The notes below the pieces were generated by a model. The model saw only the letters and a program-made list of their open reading frames with translations, had not been told where the DNA came from and did no database searches. Positions 54,272 through 64,000 of a DNA stretch of 64,000 nt are shown piece by piece. The stretch lies in NCBI RefSeq assembly GCF_965641715.1, contig NZ_OZ282453.1. The stretch is one strand, 5' to 3'. The position numbers and the translations under genes were made by a program. The DNA comes from Escherichia coli (lineage in GTDB: Bacteria; Pseudomonadota; Gammaproteobacteria; Enterobacterales; Enterobacteriaceae). How positions within the stretch are numbered: the first letter of the stretch is position 1; every line of letters starts with the position of its first letter.

Positions 54272-55183
54272 ATGCAAAAGTTTGATACCAGGACCTTCCA
54301 GGGCTTGATCCTGACCTTACAGGATTACTGGGCTCGCCAGGGCTGCACCATTGTTCAACCATTGGACATGGAAGTCGGCGCGGGAACCTCTCACCCAATG
54401 ACCTGTCTGCGCGCGCTGGGGCCAGAACCGATGGCGGCTGCTTATGTTCAGCCTTCTCGTCGCCCGACCGATGGTCGCTACGGCGAAAACCCCAACCGTT
54501 TACAGCACTACTATCAGTTCCAGGTGGTCATTAAGCCATCGCCGGACAATATTCAGGAGCTGTACCTTGGTTCTCTGAAAGAGCTGGGCATGGACCCGAC
54601 TATCCACGATATCCGTTTCGTGGAAGATAACTGGGAAAACCCGACGCTGGGTGCCTGGGGACTGGGCTGGGAAGTGTGGCTAAACGGCATGGAAGTGACG
54701 CAGTTCACTTACTTCCAGCAGGTTGGTGGTCTGGAGTGTAAACCGGTTACCGGCGAGATCACCTACGGTCTGGAACGTCTGGCCATGTACATTCAGGGCG
54801 TGGACAGCGTTTACGACCTGGTCTGGAGCGACGGCCCGCTGGGTAAAACCACCTACGGCGACGTGTTCCATCAGAACGAAGTGGAGCAGTCCACTTACAA
54901 CTTCGAATACGCGGATGTGGACTTCCTGTTCACCTGCTTTGAGCAGTACGAGAAAGAAGCGCAGCAGCTGCTGGCGCTGGAAAATCCGCTGCCGCTGCCA
55001 GCTTACGAGCGTATTCTGAAAGCCGCCCACAGCTTCAACCTGCTGGATGCGCGTAAAGCCATCTCCGTCACTGAGCGTCAGCGCTACATTCTGCGCATTC
55101 GCACCCTGACCAAAGCAGTGGCAGAAGCATACTACGCTTCCCGTGAAGCCCTCGGCTTCCCGATGTGCAACAAAGATAAGTAA
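54272..55183 (+). CDS. glyQ: Glycine--tRNA ligase alpha subunit, 303 aa
   Basis: Full-length match. Confidence 0.96.
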
Positions 55184-55192
55184 GAGGCGGCT

Positions 55193-57262
55193 ATGTCTGA
55201 GAAAACTTTTCTGGTGGAAATCGGCACTGAAGAGCTGCCACCAAAAGCACTGCGCAGCCTGGCAGAGTCCTTTGCTGCGAACTTTACTGCGGAGCTGGAT
55301 AACGCAGGCCTCGCACACGGCACCGTTCAATGGTTTGCTGCTCCGCGTCGTCTGGCGCTGAAAGTAGCTAACCTGGCGGAAGCGCAACCGGATCGTGAAA
55401 TCGAAAAACGCGGCCCGGCGATTGCCCAGGCGTTCGACGCTGAAGGCAAACCGAGCAAAGCGGCAGAAGGTTGGGCGCGTGGTTGCGGTATTACCGTTGA
55501 CCAGGCTGAGCGTCTGACTACCGATAAAGGCGAATGGCTGCTGTATCGCGCCCATGTGAAGGGCGAAAGCACTGAAGCACTGCTGCCGAATATGGTTGCG
55601 ACTTCGCTGGCGAAACTGCCGATTCCGAAACTGATGCGCTGGGGTGCAAGCGACGTGCACTTCGTGCGTCCGGTGCACACCGTGACCCTGCTGCTGGGCG
55701 ACAAAGTCATTCCGGCAACCATTCTGGGCATTCAGTCCGATCGCGTGATTCGCGGCCACCGCTTTATGGGCGAGCCGGAATTCACCATCGATAACGCCGA
55801 TCAGTATCCGGAAATTCTGCGTGAGCGCGGGAAAGTCATCGCCGATTACGAAGAACGTAAGGCGAAGATTAAAGCCGATGCCGAAGAAGCAGCGCGTAAG
55901 ATTGGCGGTAACGCTGACTTAAGCGAAAGCCTGCTGGAAGAAGTGGCTTCGCTGGTGGAGTGGCCGGTCGTTCTAACCGCGAAATTTGAAGAGAAATTCC
56001 TCGCGGTGCCGTCTGAAGCACTGGTTTACACCATGAAAGGTGACCAGAAGTACTTCCCGGTGTATGCGAACGACGGCAAACTGCTGCCGAACTTTATCTT
56101 CGTTGCCAACATCGAATCGAAAGATCCGCAGCAAATTATCTCTGGTAACGAGAAAGTCGTTCGTCCACGTCTGGCTGATGCCGAGTTCTTCTTCAACACC
56201 GACCGTAAAAAACGTCTGGAAGATAACCTGCCGCGCCTGCAAACCGTGCTGTTCCAGCAACAGCTGGGTACGCTGCGTGACAAGACTGACCGCATCCAGG
56301 CGCTGGCTGGCTGGATTGCTGAACAGATTGGCGCTGACGTTAACCACGCTACCCGTGCGGGCCTGCTGTCTAAGTGTGACCTGATGACCAACATGGTCTT
56401 CGAGTTCACCGACACCCAAGGCGTTATGGGGATGCACTATGCGCGTCACGATGGCGAAGCGGAAGACGTAGCCGTGGCGCTGAATGAGCAGTATCAGCCG
56501 CGTTTTGCTGGTGATGACCTGCCGTCCAACCCGGTAGCTTGTGCGCTGGCGATTGCTGACAAGATGGATACTCTGGCGGGTATCTTCGGTATCGGTCAGC
56601 ATCCGAAAGGCGACAAAGACCCGTTTGCGCTGCGTCGTGCCGCGCTTGGCGTGCTGCGTATTATCGTTGAGAAGAACCTCAACCTTGATCTGCAAACGCT
56701 GACCGAAGAAGCGGTGCGTCTGTATGGCGATAAGCTGACTAATGCCAACGTCGTTGATGATGTTATCGACTTTATGCTCGGTCGCTTCCGCGCCTGGTAT
56801 CAGGACGAAGGTTATACCGTTGACACCATCCAGGCGGTACTGGCGCGTCGTCCGACTCGTCCGGCTGATTTCGATGCCCGCATGAAAGCGGTATCGCACT
56901 TCCGTACCCTGGAAGCAGCTGCAGCACTGGCGGCGGCGAACAAACGTGTATCTAACATCCTGGCGAAATCTGACGAAGTGCTGAGCGATCGCGTGAATGC
57001 CTCTACTCTGAAAGAGCCGGAAGAAATTAAACTGGCGATGCAGGTTGTGGTGCTACGTGACAAGCTGGAGCCGTACTTTGCGGAAGGTCGTTACCAGGAT
57101 GCGCTGGTCGAACTGGCAGAGCTGCGTGAACCGGTCGATGCCTTCTTCGATAAAGTGATGGTCATGGTTGATGACAAAGAATTGCGTATCAACCGTCTGA
57201 CCATGCTGGAGAAACTGCGCGAACTGTTCCTGCGCGTTGCGGATATTTCGCTGTTGCAGTAA
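55193..57262 (+). CDS. glyS: Glycine--tRNA ligase beta subunit, 689 aa
   Basis: Full-length match; 9-bp spacer after glyQ. Confidence 0.96.
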   Translation: MSEKTFLVEIGTEELPPKALRSLAESFAANFTAELDNAGLAHGTVQWFAAPRRLALKVANLAEAQPDREIEKRGPAIAQAFDAEGKPSKAAEGWARGCGITVDQAERLTTDKGEWLLYRAHVKGESTEALLPNMVATSLAKLPIPKLMRWGASDVHFVRPVHTVTLLLGDKVIPATILGIQSDRVIRGHRFMGEPEFTIDNADQYPEILRERGKVIADYEERKAKIKADAEEAARKIGGNADLSESLLEEVASLVEWPVVLTAKFEEKFLAVPSEALVYTMKGDQKYFPVYANDGKLLPNFIFVANIESKDPQQIISGNEKVVRPRLADAEFFFNTDRKKRLEDNLPRLQTVLFQQQLGTLRDKTDRIQALAGWIAEQIGADVNHATRAGLLSKCDLMTNMVFEFTDTQGVMGMHYARHDGEAEDVAVALNEQYQPRFAGDDLPSNPVACALAIADKMDTLAGIFGIGQHPKGDKDPFALRRAALGVLRIIVEKNLNLDLQTLTEEAVRLYGDKLTNANVVDDVIDFMLGRFRAWYQDEGYTVDTIQAVLARRPTRPADFDARMKAVSHFRTLEAAAALAAANKRVSNILAKSDEVLSDRVNASTLKEPEEIKLAMQVVVLRDKLEPYFAEGRYQDALVELAELREPVDAFFDKVMVMVDDKELRINRLTMLEKLRELFLRVADISLLQ

Positions 57263-57275
57263 TAACGCCGTTATT

Positions 57276-57306
57276 AAAAAGCCTGCCATCTGGCAGGCTT
57301 TTTTTA
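57276..57306 (+). terminator. Rho-independent terminator of glyQS
   Basis: Stem gcctgcca / tggcaggc followed by TTTTTTT. Confidence 0.85.
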
Positions 57307-57585
57307 TCGCTAAATAATAGAGCAACCTTTAATAATCTTCTGCTGAATAAAGATTATCTCATATATTAATTTTATGAGATTTTTTTAGGATTATATCAAG
57401 GAGAAGAAACAAACTTATTAAGCTAGAATAGCCACGGGTGCTTGAGACTGTTTGTCTCAGGTATTCACCGAAAGGCAGACAGAGAAAAGCCCCACCTGAC
57501 TATAAATCAAAGTGAGGCCCCTCTATGCATAGACACCATAAGGTTAGCCTCTTACTCGTTGGAAATCAACACAGGGGGGCTGGGA

Positions 57586-57738
57586 ATGCCGCAGAAATAT
57601 AGATTGCTTTCTTTAATAGTGATTTGTTTCACGCTTTTATTTTTCACCTGGATGATAAGAGATTCACTGTGTGAATTGCATATTAAACAGGGGAGTTATG
57701 AGCTGGCGGCATTTTTAGCCTGCAATTTGAAAGAGTAA
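57586..57738 (+). CDS. hokA: Hok-family type I toxin, 50 aa
   Basis: MPQKYRLLSLIVICFTLLFFTWMIRDSLCELHIKQGSYELAAFLACNLKE: one transmembrane helix and conserved Hok C-terminus; an in-frame upstream extension exists in the ORF track (57442). Confidence 0.8.
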   Translation: MPQKYRLLSLIVICFTLLFFTWMIRDSLCELHIKQGSYELAAFLACNLKE

Positions 57739-57870
57739 GAGTCTTTGGCGGGAAATTATTCCCGCCTTTCTTACGGCGTTGGCATTCTCATTGCACCCAA
57801 ATTTATTTTTCACAAAAATAATACTAGATTTTATTACGCGATCGATTATTTATTTCCTGAAAAACAAATA

Positions 57871-57897
57871 AAAAAATCCCCGCCAAATGGCAGGGAT
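57871..57897 (-). terminator. Rho-independent terminator of cspA
   Basis: On the minus strand, hairpin atccctgcc / ggcgggga (one mismatch) followed by a U-run. Confidence 0.65.
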
Positions 57898-57924
57898 CTT
57901 AGATTCTGTGCTTTTAAGCAGAGA

Positions 57925-58137
57925 TTACAGGCTGGTTACGTTACCAGCTGCCGGGCCTTTAGCGCCGCTTTCGATGGTGAAGGACACTTTCTGACCTTCG
58001 TCCAGAGATTTGTAACCATCGTTCTGGATAGCAGAGAAGTGTACGAACACGTCTTTAGAGCCATCGTCAGGAGTGATGAAGCCGAAGCCTTTGTCAGCGT
58101 TGAACCATTTTACGATACCAGTCATTTTACCGGACAT
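57925..58137 (-). CDS. cspA: Major cold-shock protein CspA, 70 aa
   Basis: Exact CspA-type sequence with RNP motifs KGFGFI and VFVHF. Confidence 0.97.
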
Positions 58138-58297
58138 AGTGTATTACCTTTAATAATTAAGTGTGCCTTTCGGCGATATGGCGTGCTTTACAGATTTTGA
58201 AGCGTTAAAGGAATGTGCACTACGAGGGGTATCAACGATAACTCTTGAAGGGACTTGCCTTACTACACTGCTTTAATGGTCTGTACGTCAAACCGTT
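58138..58297 (-). promoter_or_regulatory. cspA long 5' UTR (cold-responsive RNA thermosensor region)
   Basis: About 160 nt upstream of the cspA start; role from established knowledge; exact transcription start not determined here. Confidence 0.6.
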
Positions 58298-58360
58298 GAT
58301 GTGCATTAAGCCACGCATTGGCGGGTGATGCAACAATTATTTTTCATATTTATGATTAAT

Positions 58361-58390
58361 CGGTTGGAAAACGGTCCTGTCATCAGGACC
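58361..58390 (-). terminator. Terminator hairpin downstream of yiaG
   Basis: Palindrome cggtcctg-tcat-caggaccg followed on the minus strand by a U-rich run. Confidence 0.55.
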
Positions 58391-58417
58391 GTAAACAGCA
58401 ATAAAGTGGATAAAAGT

Positions 58418-58708
58418 CTATTCCATCAACTGATTACTTAATGCCGGGTTGGCTTGAATCAAACGCATCAATTTTAGTTCGGCACTTGAAGGCTTCACGC
58501 GTCTGGATTCCCATTCCTTTACCATGGCGACTGATACGCCCAAAACCCGGGCGAAATCATCGATTTTTAATCCTGTCCCTTTTCGTAACTGCTCAATTTC
58601 GGTACAGGACGTTGTTCTGTGCGTCAGGGTAATTTTCTGCGTTTCATCTTTAAAAACAATCTGTTCCAGGCTGCTCAACAGCTCATGCATTGGATCTTTA
58701 TATTCCAT
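58418..58708 (-). CDS. yiaG: XRE-family helix-turn-helix protein YiaG, 96 aa
   Basis: Cro/C1-type helix-turn-helix (LRKGTGLKIDDFARVLGVSVAMVKEWE). Confidence 0.85.
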   Translation of the reverse strand: MEYKDPMHELLSSLEQIVFKDETQKITLTHRTTSCTEIEQLRKGTGLKIDDFARVLGVSVAMVKEWESRRVKPSSAELKLMRLIQANPALSNQLME

Positions 58709-59141
58709 TGAAAACTCCTCAAATCACACTGCGGGATCGTGAATTGCATCGAAGCTCATTAAGAATAGTCGGGAAAAGCAGACACAGCGGGGTGAAGTCA
58801 GGGCATGCTCTGGCTATGATTCGATTCAGCCAGTCATTTAGCGTGACTTATAGCCACCTAACGATCTGATAAATGCCGATATATCTCTTACCACTCCTGG
58901 TTTGTAAAGATTTCGAAAATCTAACCTTCTGCGAAGGCGTAAATCTCTGGCTACAAAAAAGGCAACGGCAATATCATTTTTTAACAATGAAACAACAAAT
59001 TAACCTTGTTTCATTTTCTCCATGATTTTACCAGGAAGATTACGTAGAAAGGGTATCCTGCAAGCCTGTCCTGGACTATCCTTGTCACGTCAGACACGCG
59101 TGTGTCGTTGTGCGCTTTTTTTGGGTGAAAGGAGTAAGAAA

Positions 59142-59852
59142 ATGGCGACAGGAAAGTCCTGCTCTCGCTGGTTTGCGCCTCTTGCGGCGTTATTAATGGT
59201 AGTTAGCCTGAGTGGGTGTTTTGATAAAGAAGGCGATCAGCGTAAAGCGTTTATCGACTTCCTGCAGAATACAGTGATGCGTAGCGGTGAACGTCTACCA
59301 ACCCTGACTGCCGATCAGAAAAAACAGTTTGGTCCTTTTGTCTCTGATTACGCGATTCTGTATGGTTATTCTCAGCAGGTGAATCAGGCGATGGATTCCG
59401 GTCTGCGCCCGGTTGTAGACAGCGTTAACGCAATTCGCGTACCGCAGGATTACGTTACGCAAAGCGGTCCGCTGCGTGAAATGAATGGTTCGCTGGGTGT
59501 GCTGGCGCAACAACTGCAAAATGCGAAGTTGCAGGCCGATGCTGCGCACTCTGCGCTAAAACAGAGTGATGACCTGAAACCGGTCTTTGATCAGGCATTC
59601 ACCAAAGTGGTAACGACGCCAGCTGATGCATTGCAACCGTTGATTCCGGCGGCACAAACTTTCACGCAACAACTAGTGATGGTTGGAGACTACATTGCCC
59701 AACAAGGTACTCAGGTGAGCTTTGTAGCAAATGGCATCCAGTTCCCGACTTCACAGCAGGCAAGTGAATATAACAAACTGATTGCGCCATTACCGGCACA
59801 GCATCAGGCGTTTAATCAGGCCTGGACTACAGCAGTTACTGCAACCCAATAA
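59142..59852 (+). CDS. yiaF: DUF3053 lipoprotein YiaF, 236 aa
   Basis: Start refined to ATG 59142 with SD aaaggag; lipobox LSGC. Confidence 0.85.
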   Translation: MATGKSCSRWFAPLAALLMVVSLSGCFDKEGDQRKAFIDFLQNTVMRSGERLPTLTADQKKQFGPFVSDYAILYGYSQQVNQAMDSGLRPVVDSVNAIRVPQDYVTQSGPLREMNGSLGVLAQQLQNAKLQADAAHSALKQSDDLKPVFDQAFTKVVTTPADALQPLIPAAQTFTQQLVMVGDYIAQQGTQVSFVANGIQFPTSQQASEYNKLIAPLPAQHQAFNQAWTTAVTATQ

Positions 59853-59857
59853 AGAGT

Positions 59858-59886
59858 AAAAGCCCGAGCGATTATCGGGCTTTACT
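59858..59886 (+). terminator. Terminator hairpin after yiaF
   Basis: Stem agcccga / tcgggct with a 7-nt loop, followed by ttt. Confidence 0.5.
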
Positions 59887-59901
59887 CCACGCAGTCGCGG
59901 C

Positions 59902-60876
59902 TTAGTCCGCGACGTGCGGATTCACACAGTTCTTCTCAACCTTTCCTTGTAACGCATCAATCAAATTATCCACGGCACAGGCGGCCATGCCATAACGCGT
60001 CTCATGGGTGGCAGATCCAATATGCGGTACTGCGACGACGTTGGCCATTGAGAGCAACGGCGAATCTACGGAAAGTGGCTCTTGTTCGAAGACATCCAGC
60101 CCGGCAGCGTGAATTTCGCCTTTCTGCAATGCAGCAATCAGTGCATTTTCATCAACCACCGGGCCACGTCCGGCATTAATGAATATGGCGGAGGATTTCA
60201 TTTTGGCGAATTGTTCTGCGCCAAATAGATGATACGTCTCATCAGTTAACGGCAGGATCAGGCAAACGAAATCTGACTCTTGTAACAGTGTATCCAAATC
60301 GCAGTAGCGGGCGTTGAAGCGTTCTTCTGCTTCTTTATGGTGGCGGCGCGCGTTATAGAGGATGGGCATGTTGAAGCCAAAGTGCGCACGTTGTGCCAGC
60401 GCCATACCGATCCGTCCCATCCCGACAATGCCCAGTGTTTTATGGTGAACGTCAGTGCCGTACCAGTCCGGGCCTATGCTCGCGGTCCATTCGCCTGCTT
60501 TTACCCGTTCTGCTACCTCCACAACCCGACGAGCGGTAGACAACACCAGCGCCATCAGCGTATCGGCGACGGTTTCTGTTAATACGGTTGGCGTGTGCAT
60601 CAGCAGAATTTTTCGGGCGGTAAGCGCATCGACATCAAAATTGTCATAGCCGACGGAGATCGTTGATGTGGCACGCAGTTTCGGCATTTTTTCCAGCAAT
60701 GCGGCATCTACATTCTCGTTTGAACCCAGTAAACCTTCAGCTTCTGCAAAAATTGCTGCATTTTGATCGACGGTTTGTGGGCTGAGGTTTGCCACCTGGT
60801 GAACGGTGAAATGCTCTTGCAGGCGTTGCAGTAAATCATCAGGTAAGGCTTTGTAGAGGATAACGGACGGCTTCAT
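59902..60876 (-). CDS. ghrB: Glyoxylate/hydroxypyruvate reductase B, 324 aa
   Basis: Start refined to ATG 60876 ([16 protein letters not shown]); D-2-hydroxyacid dehydrogenase family with GMGRIG nucleotide-binding motif. Confidence 0.92.
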   Translation of the reverse strand: MKPSVILYKALPDDLLQRLQEHFTVHQVANLSPQTVDQNAAIFAEAEGLLGSNENVDAALLEKMPKLRATSTISVGYDNFDVDALTARKILLMHTPTVLTETVADTLMALVLSTARRVVEVAERVKAGEWTASIGPDWYGTDVHHKTLGIVGMGRIGMALAQRAHFGFNMPILYNARRHHKEAEERFNARYCDLDTLLQESDFVCLILPLTDETYHLFGAEQFAKMKSSAIFINAGRGPVVDENALIAALQKGEIHAAGLDVFEQEPLSVDSPLLSMANVVAVPHIGSATHETRYGMAACAVDNLIDALQGKVEKNCVNPHVAD

Positions 60877-60979
60877 GCTTCTCTCCATTCACTGATAAGG
60901 CGATCACCTTAGCCTGAAATATGATGAAGGAAAACTGAAGAATGCCAGGTGATTTCTGCATCACCTGGCATGAAAGGGA

Positions 60980-61639
60980 TTACAGCGGGCTTAAGGTAAT
61001 TTCTACACGGCGGTTTTGCGCCTTACCTTCTGCGGTGCTGTTGCTGGCGATTGGGTTAGCCGGGCCAAGGCCCTGAGTACGGATGCGGCTGGCGTCCACG
61101 CCTTGGGTGATCAACGCGCTGGCAACGGAATCCGCACGTTGCTGGGAGAGACGCATGTTCAGGTCGTGACCACCCGTGCTGTCGGTATAACCAATCACGT
61201 TAACCGCCGTTTTCGGATACTCTTTCAGTACCATTGCCACGCCGGTCAGGGTGTTAGCGCCCGCCGGTTTCAGGGTCGCGCTGCTGCTGTCGAAGGTCAC
61301 ATTGTTCGGCATATTGAGGATAATGTTATCCCCGCTGCGGGTTACGCTAACACCAGTGCCGCGCATTTTGTCACGCAGCTTCGCTTCCTGCACATCCATG
61401 TAATAACCCACGCCGCCGCCCAGAGCTGCGCCTGCTGCTGCGCCAATCAGCGCGCCTTTACCGCGATCTTTCTTCGAAGAAGAGAGCGCACCAATACCCG
61501 CGCCCACGAGAGAGCCCAGACCTGCGCCGATAGCAGATTTACCTGCTTCGCGTTCGCCGGTGTAAGGGTTAGTTGTGCAGCCAGATACCGCCAGAGCGCC
61601 ACTCACTACGGCGGCAATAAGATAAACACGTTTCTTCAT
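60980..61639 (-). CDS. yiaD: OmpA-domain lipoprotein YiaD, 219 aa
   Basis: Lipobox VSGC, Gly-rich region, C-terminal OmpA-like peptidoglycan-binding domain. Confidence 0.9.
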   Translation of the reverse strand: MKKRVYLIAAVVSGALAVSGCTTNPYTGEREAGKSAIGAGLGSLVGAGIGALSSSKKDRGKGALIGAAAGAALGGGVGYYMDVQEAKLRDKMRGTGVSVTRSGDNIILNMPNNVTFDSSSATLKPAGANTLTGVAMVLKEYPKTAVNVIGYTDSTGGHDLNMRLSQQRADSVASALITQGVDASRIRTQGLGPANPIASNSTAEGKAQNRRVEITLSPL

Positions 61640-61791
61640 TGTTAATCCTTAATAACCTTTTTATTCTTTGCCACGGGTTCCGTGGCGGGAGATTATGCCG
61701 CGTGAACATGAAGATTATTCCTGGGAATACTCGGAAATTTGTAAGTAATATTTAACTGCTCAATACATCTAACCTTTCAGGAGTCTTCGGT

Positions 61792-64000
61792 TTGGCCAAC
61801 TCATCCTCACGATATTCCGTTCTGACTGCCGCCCATTGGGGGCCCATGCTGGTTGAAACCGACGGCGAAACCGTGTTTAGCTCGCGTGGCGCGTTAGCCA
61901 CAGGAATGGAAAACTCCTTGCAGAGCGCGGTTCGTGACCAGGTTCACAGCAATACGCGGGTACGATTTCCAATGGTGCGCAAAGGCTTTCTCGCGTCACC
62001 GGAAAACCCGCAAGGCATTCGTGGGCAGGATGAATTTGTTCGCGTGAGTTGGGATGAGGCGCTGGATCTTATTCACCAACAACATAAACGCATTCGTGAG
62101 GCTTATGGTCCGGCATCGATTTTTGCTGGTTCCTACGGCTGGCGTTCAAACGGCGTGCTGCATAAGGCCTCGACATTATTACAACGCTATATGGCGCTGG
62201 CAGGCGGTTATACCGGGCATCTGGGGGATTATTCGACCGGCGCGGCACAGGCGATCATGCCGTATGTCGTGGGTGGTAGTGAAGTTTATCAACAGCAGAC
62301 CAGTTGGCCGCTGGTGCTGGAACATAGCGATGTCGTGGTGCTGTGGAGTGCTAACCCACTCAATACGCTGAAAATTGCGTGGAATGCATCCGATGAGCAG
62401 GGGCTTTCTTACTTTTCTGCACTGCGTGACAGCGGGAAAAAGCTGATCTGCATTGATCCAATGCGATCGGAAACCGTCGATTTCTTTGGCGATAAAATGG
62501 AGTGGGTGGCACCGCACATGGGCACCGATGTTGCGCTGATGCTGGGGATCGCCCATACGCTGGTGGAAAATGGTTGGCACGACGAAGCGTTTCTGGCGCG
62601 TTGCACCACAGGTTATGCCGTCTTCGCCTCTTATTTGCTGGGCGAGAGTGACGGAATAGCGAAAACCGCCGAATGGGCAGCAGAGATTAGTGGTGTTAAC
62701 GCAGAGAAAATCCGCGAGCTGGCGGCTATTTTCCACCAAAATACCACCATGCTGATGGCTGGCTGGGGAATGCAGCGCCAACAGTTTGGTGAGCAAAAAC
62801 ACTGGATGATCGTCACGCTGGCGGCAATGTTGGGGCAAATCGGCACACCCGGCGGCGGTTTTGGTCTTTCTTATCATTTTGCCAATGGTGGTAACCCCAC
62901 GCGGCGTTCTGCGGTGCTCTCTTCCATGCAGGGCAGCTTGCCGGGTGGCTGCGATGCGGTGGATCAAATACCTGTTGCCCGCATTGTTGAAGCACTGGAA
63001 AACCCCGGTGGCGCATATCAACACAACGGTATGGACCGACATTTCCCGGATATTCGTTTTATCTGGTGGGCGGGCGGTGCCAACTTTACTCATCATCAGG
63101 ATACCAATCGCCTGATCCGTGCCTGGCAAAAACCGGAGCTGGTGGTGATCTCTGAATGCTTCTGGAAGGCGGCGGCAAAACACGCGGATATCGTTCTGCC
63201 TGCGACTACCTCTTTTGAGCGTAATGATCTCACCATGACCGGTGATTACAGTAATCAGCATCTGGTGCCGATGAAGCAAGTGGTGCCGCCACGCTATGAA
63301 GCGCGTAATGATTTTGATGTTTTTGCCGAGTTAAGTGAACGCTGGGAGAAGGGCGGTTATGCACGTTTTACGGAAGGAAAAAGTGAGCTGCAATGGCTGG
63401 AAACGTTTTATAACGTTGCCCGACAGCGCGGGGCAAGCCAGCAGGTTGAATTGCCGCCATTTGCTGAGTTCTGGCAAGCCAATCAGTTAATTGAGATGCC
63501 GGAAAACCCGGACAGCGAGCGGTTTATTCGCTTCGCTGATTTTTGCCGCGATCCGCAGGCGCATCCATTAAAAACCGCCAGCGGTAAGATTGAAATCTTC
63601 TCGCAGCGTATTGCCGATTACGCTTATCCGGATTGCCCGGGGCATCCAATGTGGCTGGTGCCGGACGAATGGCAGGGCAATGCCGAACCGGAACAGTTAC
63701 AGGTACTTTCTGCTCATCCGGCGCATCGTCTGCACAGCCAGCTGAATTACAGTTCTCTGCGCGAATTGTACGCGGTGGCAAACCGTGAGCCTGTCACCAT
63801 TCATCCTGACGATGCCCAGGCGCGCGGCATACAAGATGGCGATACTGTTCGGCTGTGGAACTCACGCGGGCAAATTCTTGCCGGAGCGGTCATTAGCGAG
63901 GGAATTAAACCTGGCGTGATTTGCATTCACGAAGGGGCATGGCCGGATCTGGATTTAACCGCTGACGGTATTTGTAAAAACGGCGCAGTGAACGTGCTGA
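61792..64000 (+). CDS. bisC: Biotin sulfoxide reductase (molybdopterin oxidoreductase), 5' part only; continues beyond the window
   Basis: Frame open from 61792 to the window end, so absent from the ORF track; translation from TTG 61792 reads (M)[28 protein letters not shown]..., matching recalled BisC. Confidence 0.85.
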   Translation, partial: MANSSSRYSVLTAAHWGPMLVETDGETVFSSRGALATGMENSLQSAVRDQVHSNTRVRFPMVRKGFLASPENPQGIRGQDEFVRVSWDEALDLIHQQHKRIREAYGPASIFAGSYGWRSNGVLHKASTLLQRYMALAGGYTGHLGDYSTGAAQAIMPYVVGGSEVYQQQTSWPLVLEHSDVVVLWSANPLNTLKIAWNASDEQGLSYFSALRDSGKKLICIDPMRSETVDFFGDKMEWVAPHMGTDVALMLGIAHTLVENGWHDEAFLARCTTGYAVFASYLLGESDGIAKTAEWAAEISGVNAEKIRELAAIFHQNTTMLMAGWGMQRQQFGEQKHWMIVTLAAMLGQIGTPGGGFGLSYHFANGGNPTRRSAVLSSMQGSLPGGCDAVDQIPVARIVEALENPGGAYQHNGMDRHFPDIRFIWWAGGANFTHHQDTNRLIRAWQKPELVVISECFWKAAAKHADIVLPATTSFERNDLTMTGDYSNQHLVPMKQVVPPRYEARNDFDVFAELSERWEKGGYARFTEGKSELQWLETFYNVARQRGASQQVELPPFAEFWQANQLIEMPENPDSERFIRFADFCRDPQAHPLKTASGKIEIFSQRIADYAYPDCPGHPMWLVPDEWQGNAEPEQLQVLSAHPAHRLHSQLNYSSLRELYAVANREPVTIHPDDAQARGIQDGDTVRLWNSRGQILAGAVISEGIKPGVICIHEGAWPDLDLTADGICKNGAVNVL

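Noticed and set aside
54680-55759. 359-aa minus-strand ORF
   Set aside because: Antisense across glyQ and glyS, both full-length essential genes; no plausible start context.
55973-56899. 308-aa minus-strand ORF
   Set aside because: Antisense within glyS; spurious frame in a GC-balanced coding region.
57442-57738. 98-aa ORF containing hokA
   Set aside because: Only the C-terminal 50 codons correspond to the Hok toxin; the upstream in-frame part was not called as a separate protein because I cannot confirm a mok-type reading frame by eye. It is noted within the hokA finding instead.
62179-63279. 366-aa minus-strand ORF
   Set aside because: Antisense to bisC, whose plus-strand frame is open for the full 2.2 kb to the window end.

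Overview
This window reads as an Escherichia coli-type chromosomal segment covering the lldP-proximal end through mtl, sel, aldB, yia/sgb, avtA, malS, xyl, glyQS and cspA to the 5' part of bisC, in reverse orientation relative to the usual K-12 map. All identifications come from reading the supplied ORF translations and the DNA by eye and from recalled knowledge of K-12 gene order and protein lengths; no database search was run. Most of the window is conserved core genome with tight operon structure and REP/BIME clusters in several intergenic gaps. Against the K-12 order as I recall it, four loci differ: (1) a SadB-like lipoprotein plus a 1629-aa trimeric autotransporter adhesin downstream of yibL (469-6085); (2) no RhsA element between yibH and yibF; (3) a 4.4-kb three-gene module (AraC regulator, GPH-family symporter, GH127-like hydrolase) between yiaT and sgbE (24441-28863); (4) an intact hokA toxin locus with no IS150 between glyS and cspA. 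The most interesting uncharacterised content is the GH127/symporter/AraC module, the duplicated DUF3302 + HlyD-like gene pairs (yibI-yibH and yiaW-yiaV) that bracket selAB-yiaY-aldB, and the highly repetitive adhesin stalk. I found no CRISPR array, tRNA/rRNA gene, integrase or transposase. Several start codons were refined by hand from the ORF track, choosing the start that gives the K-12 protein length and has a Shine-Dalgarno sequence.
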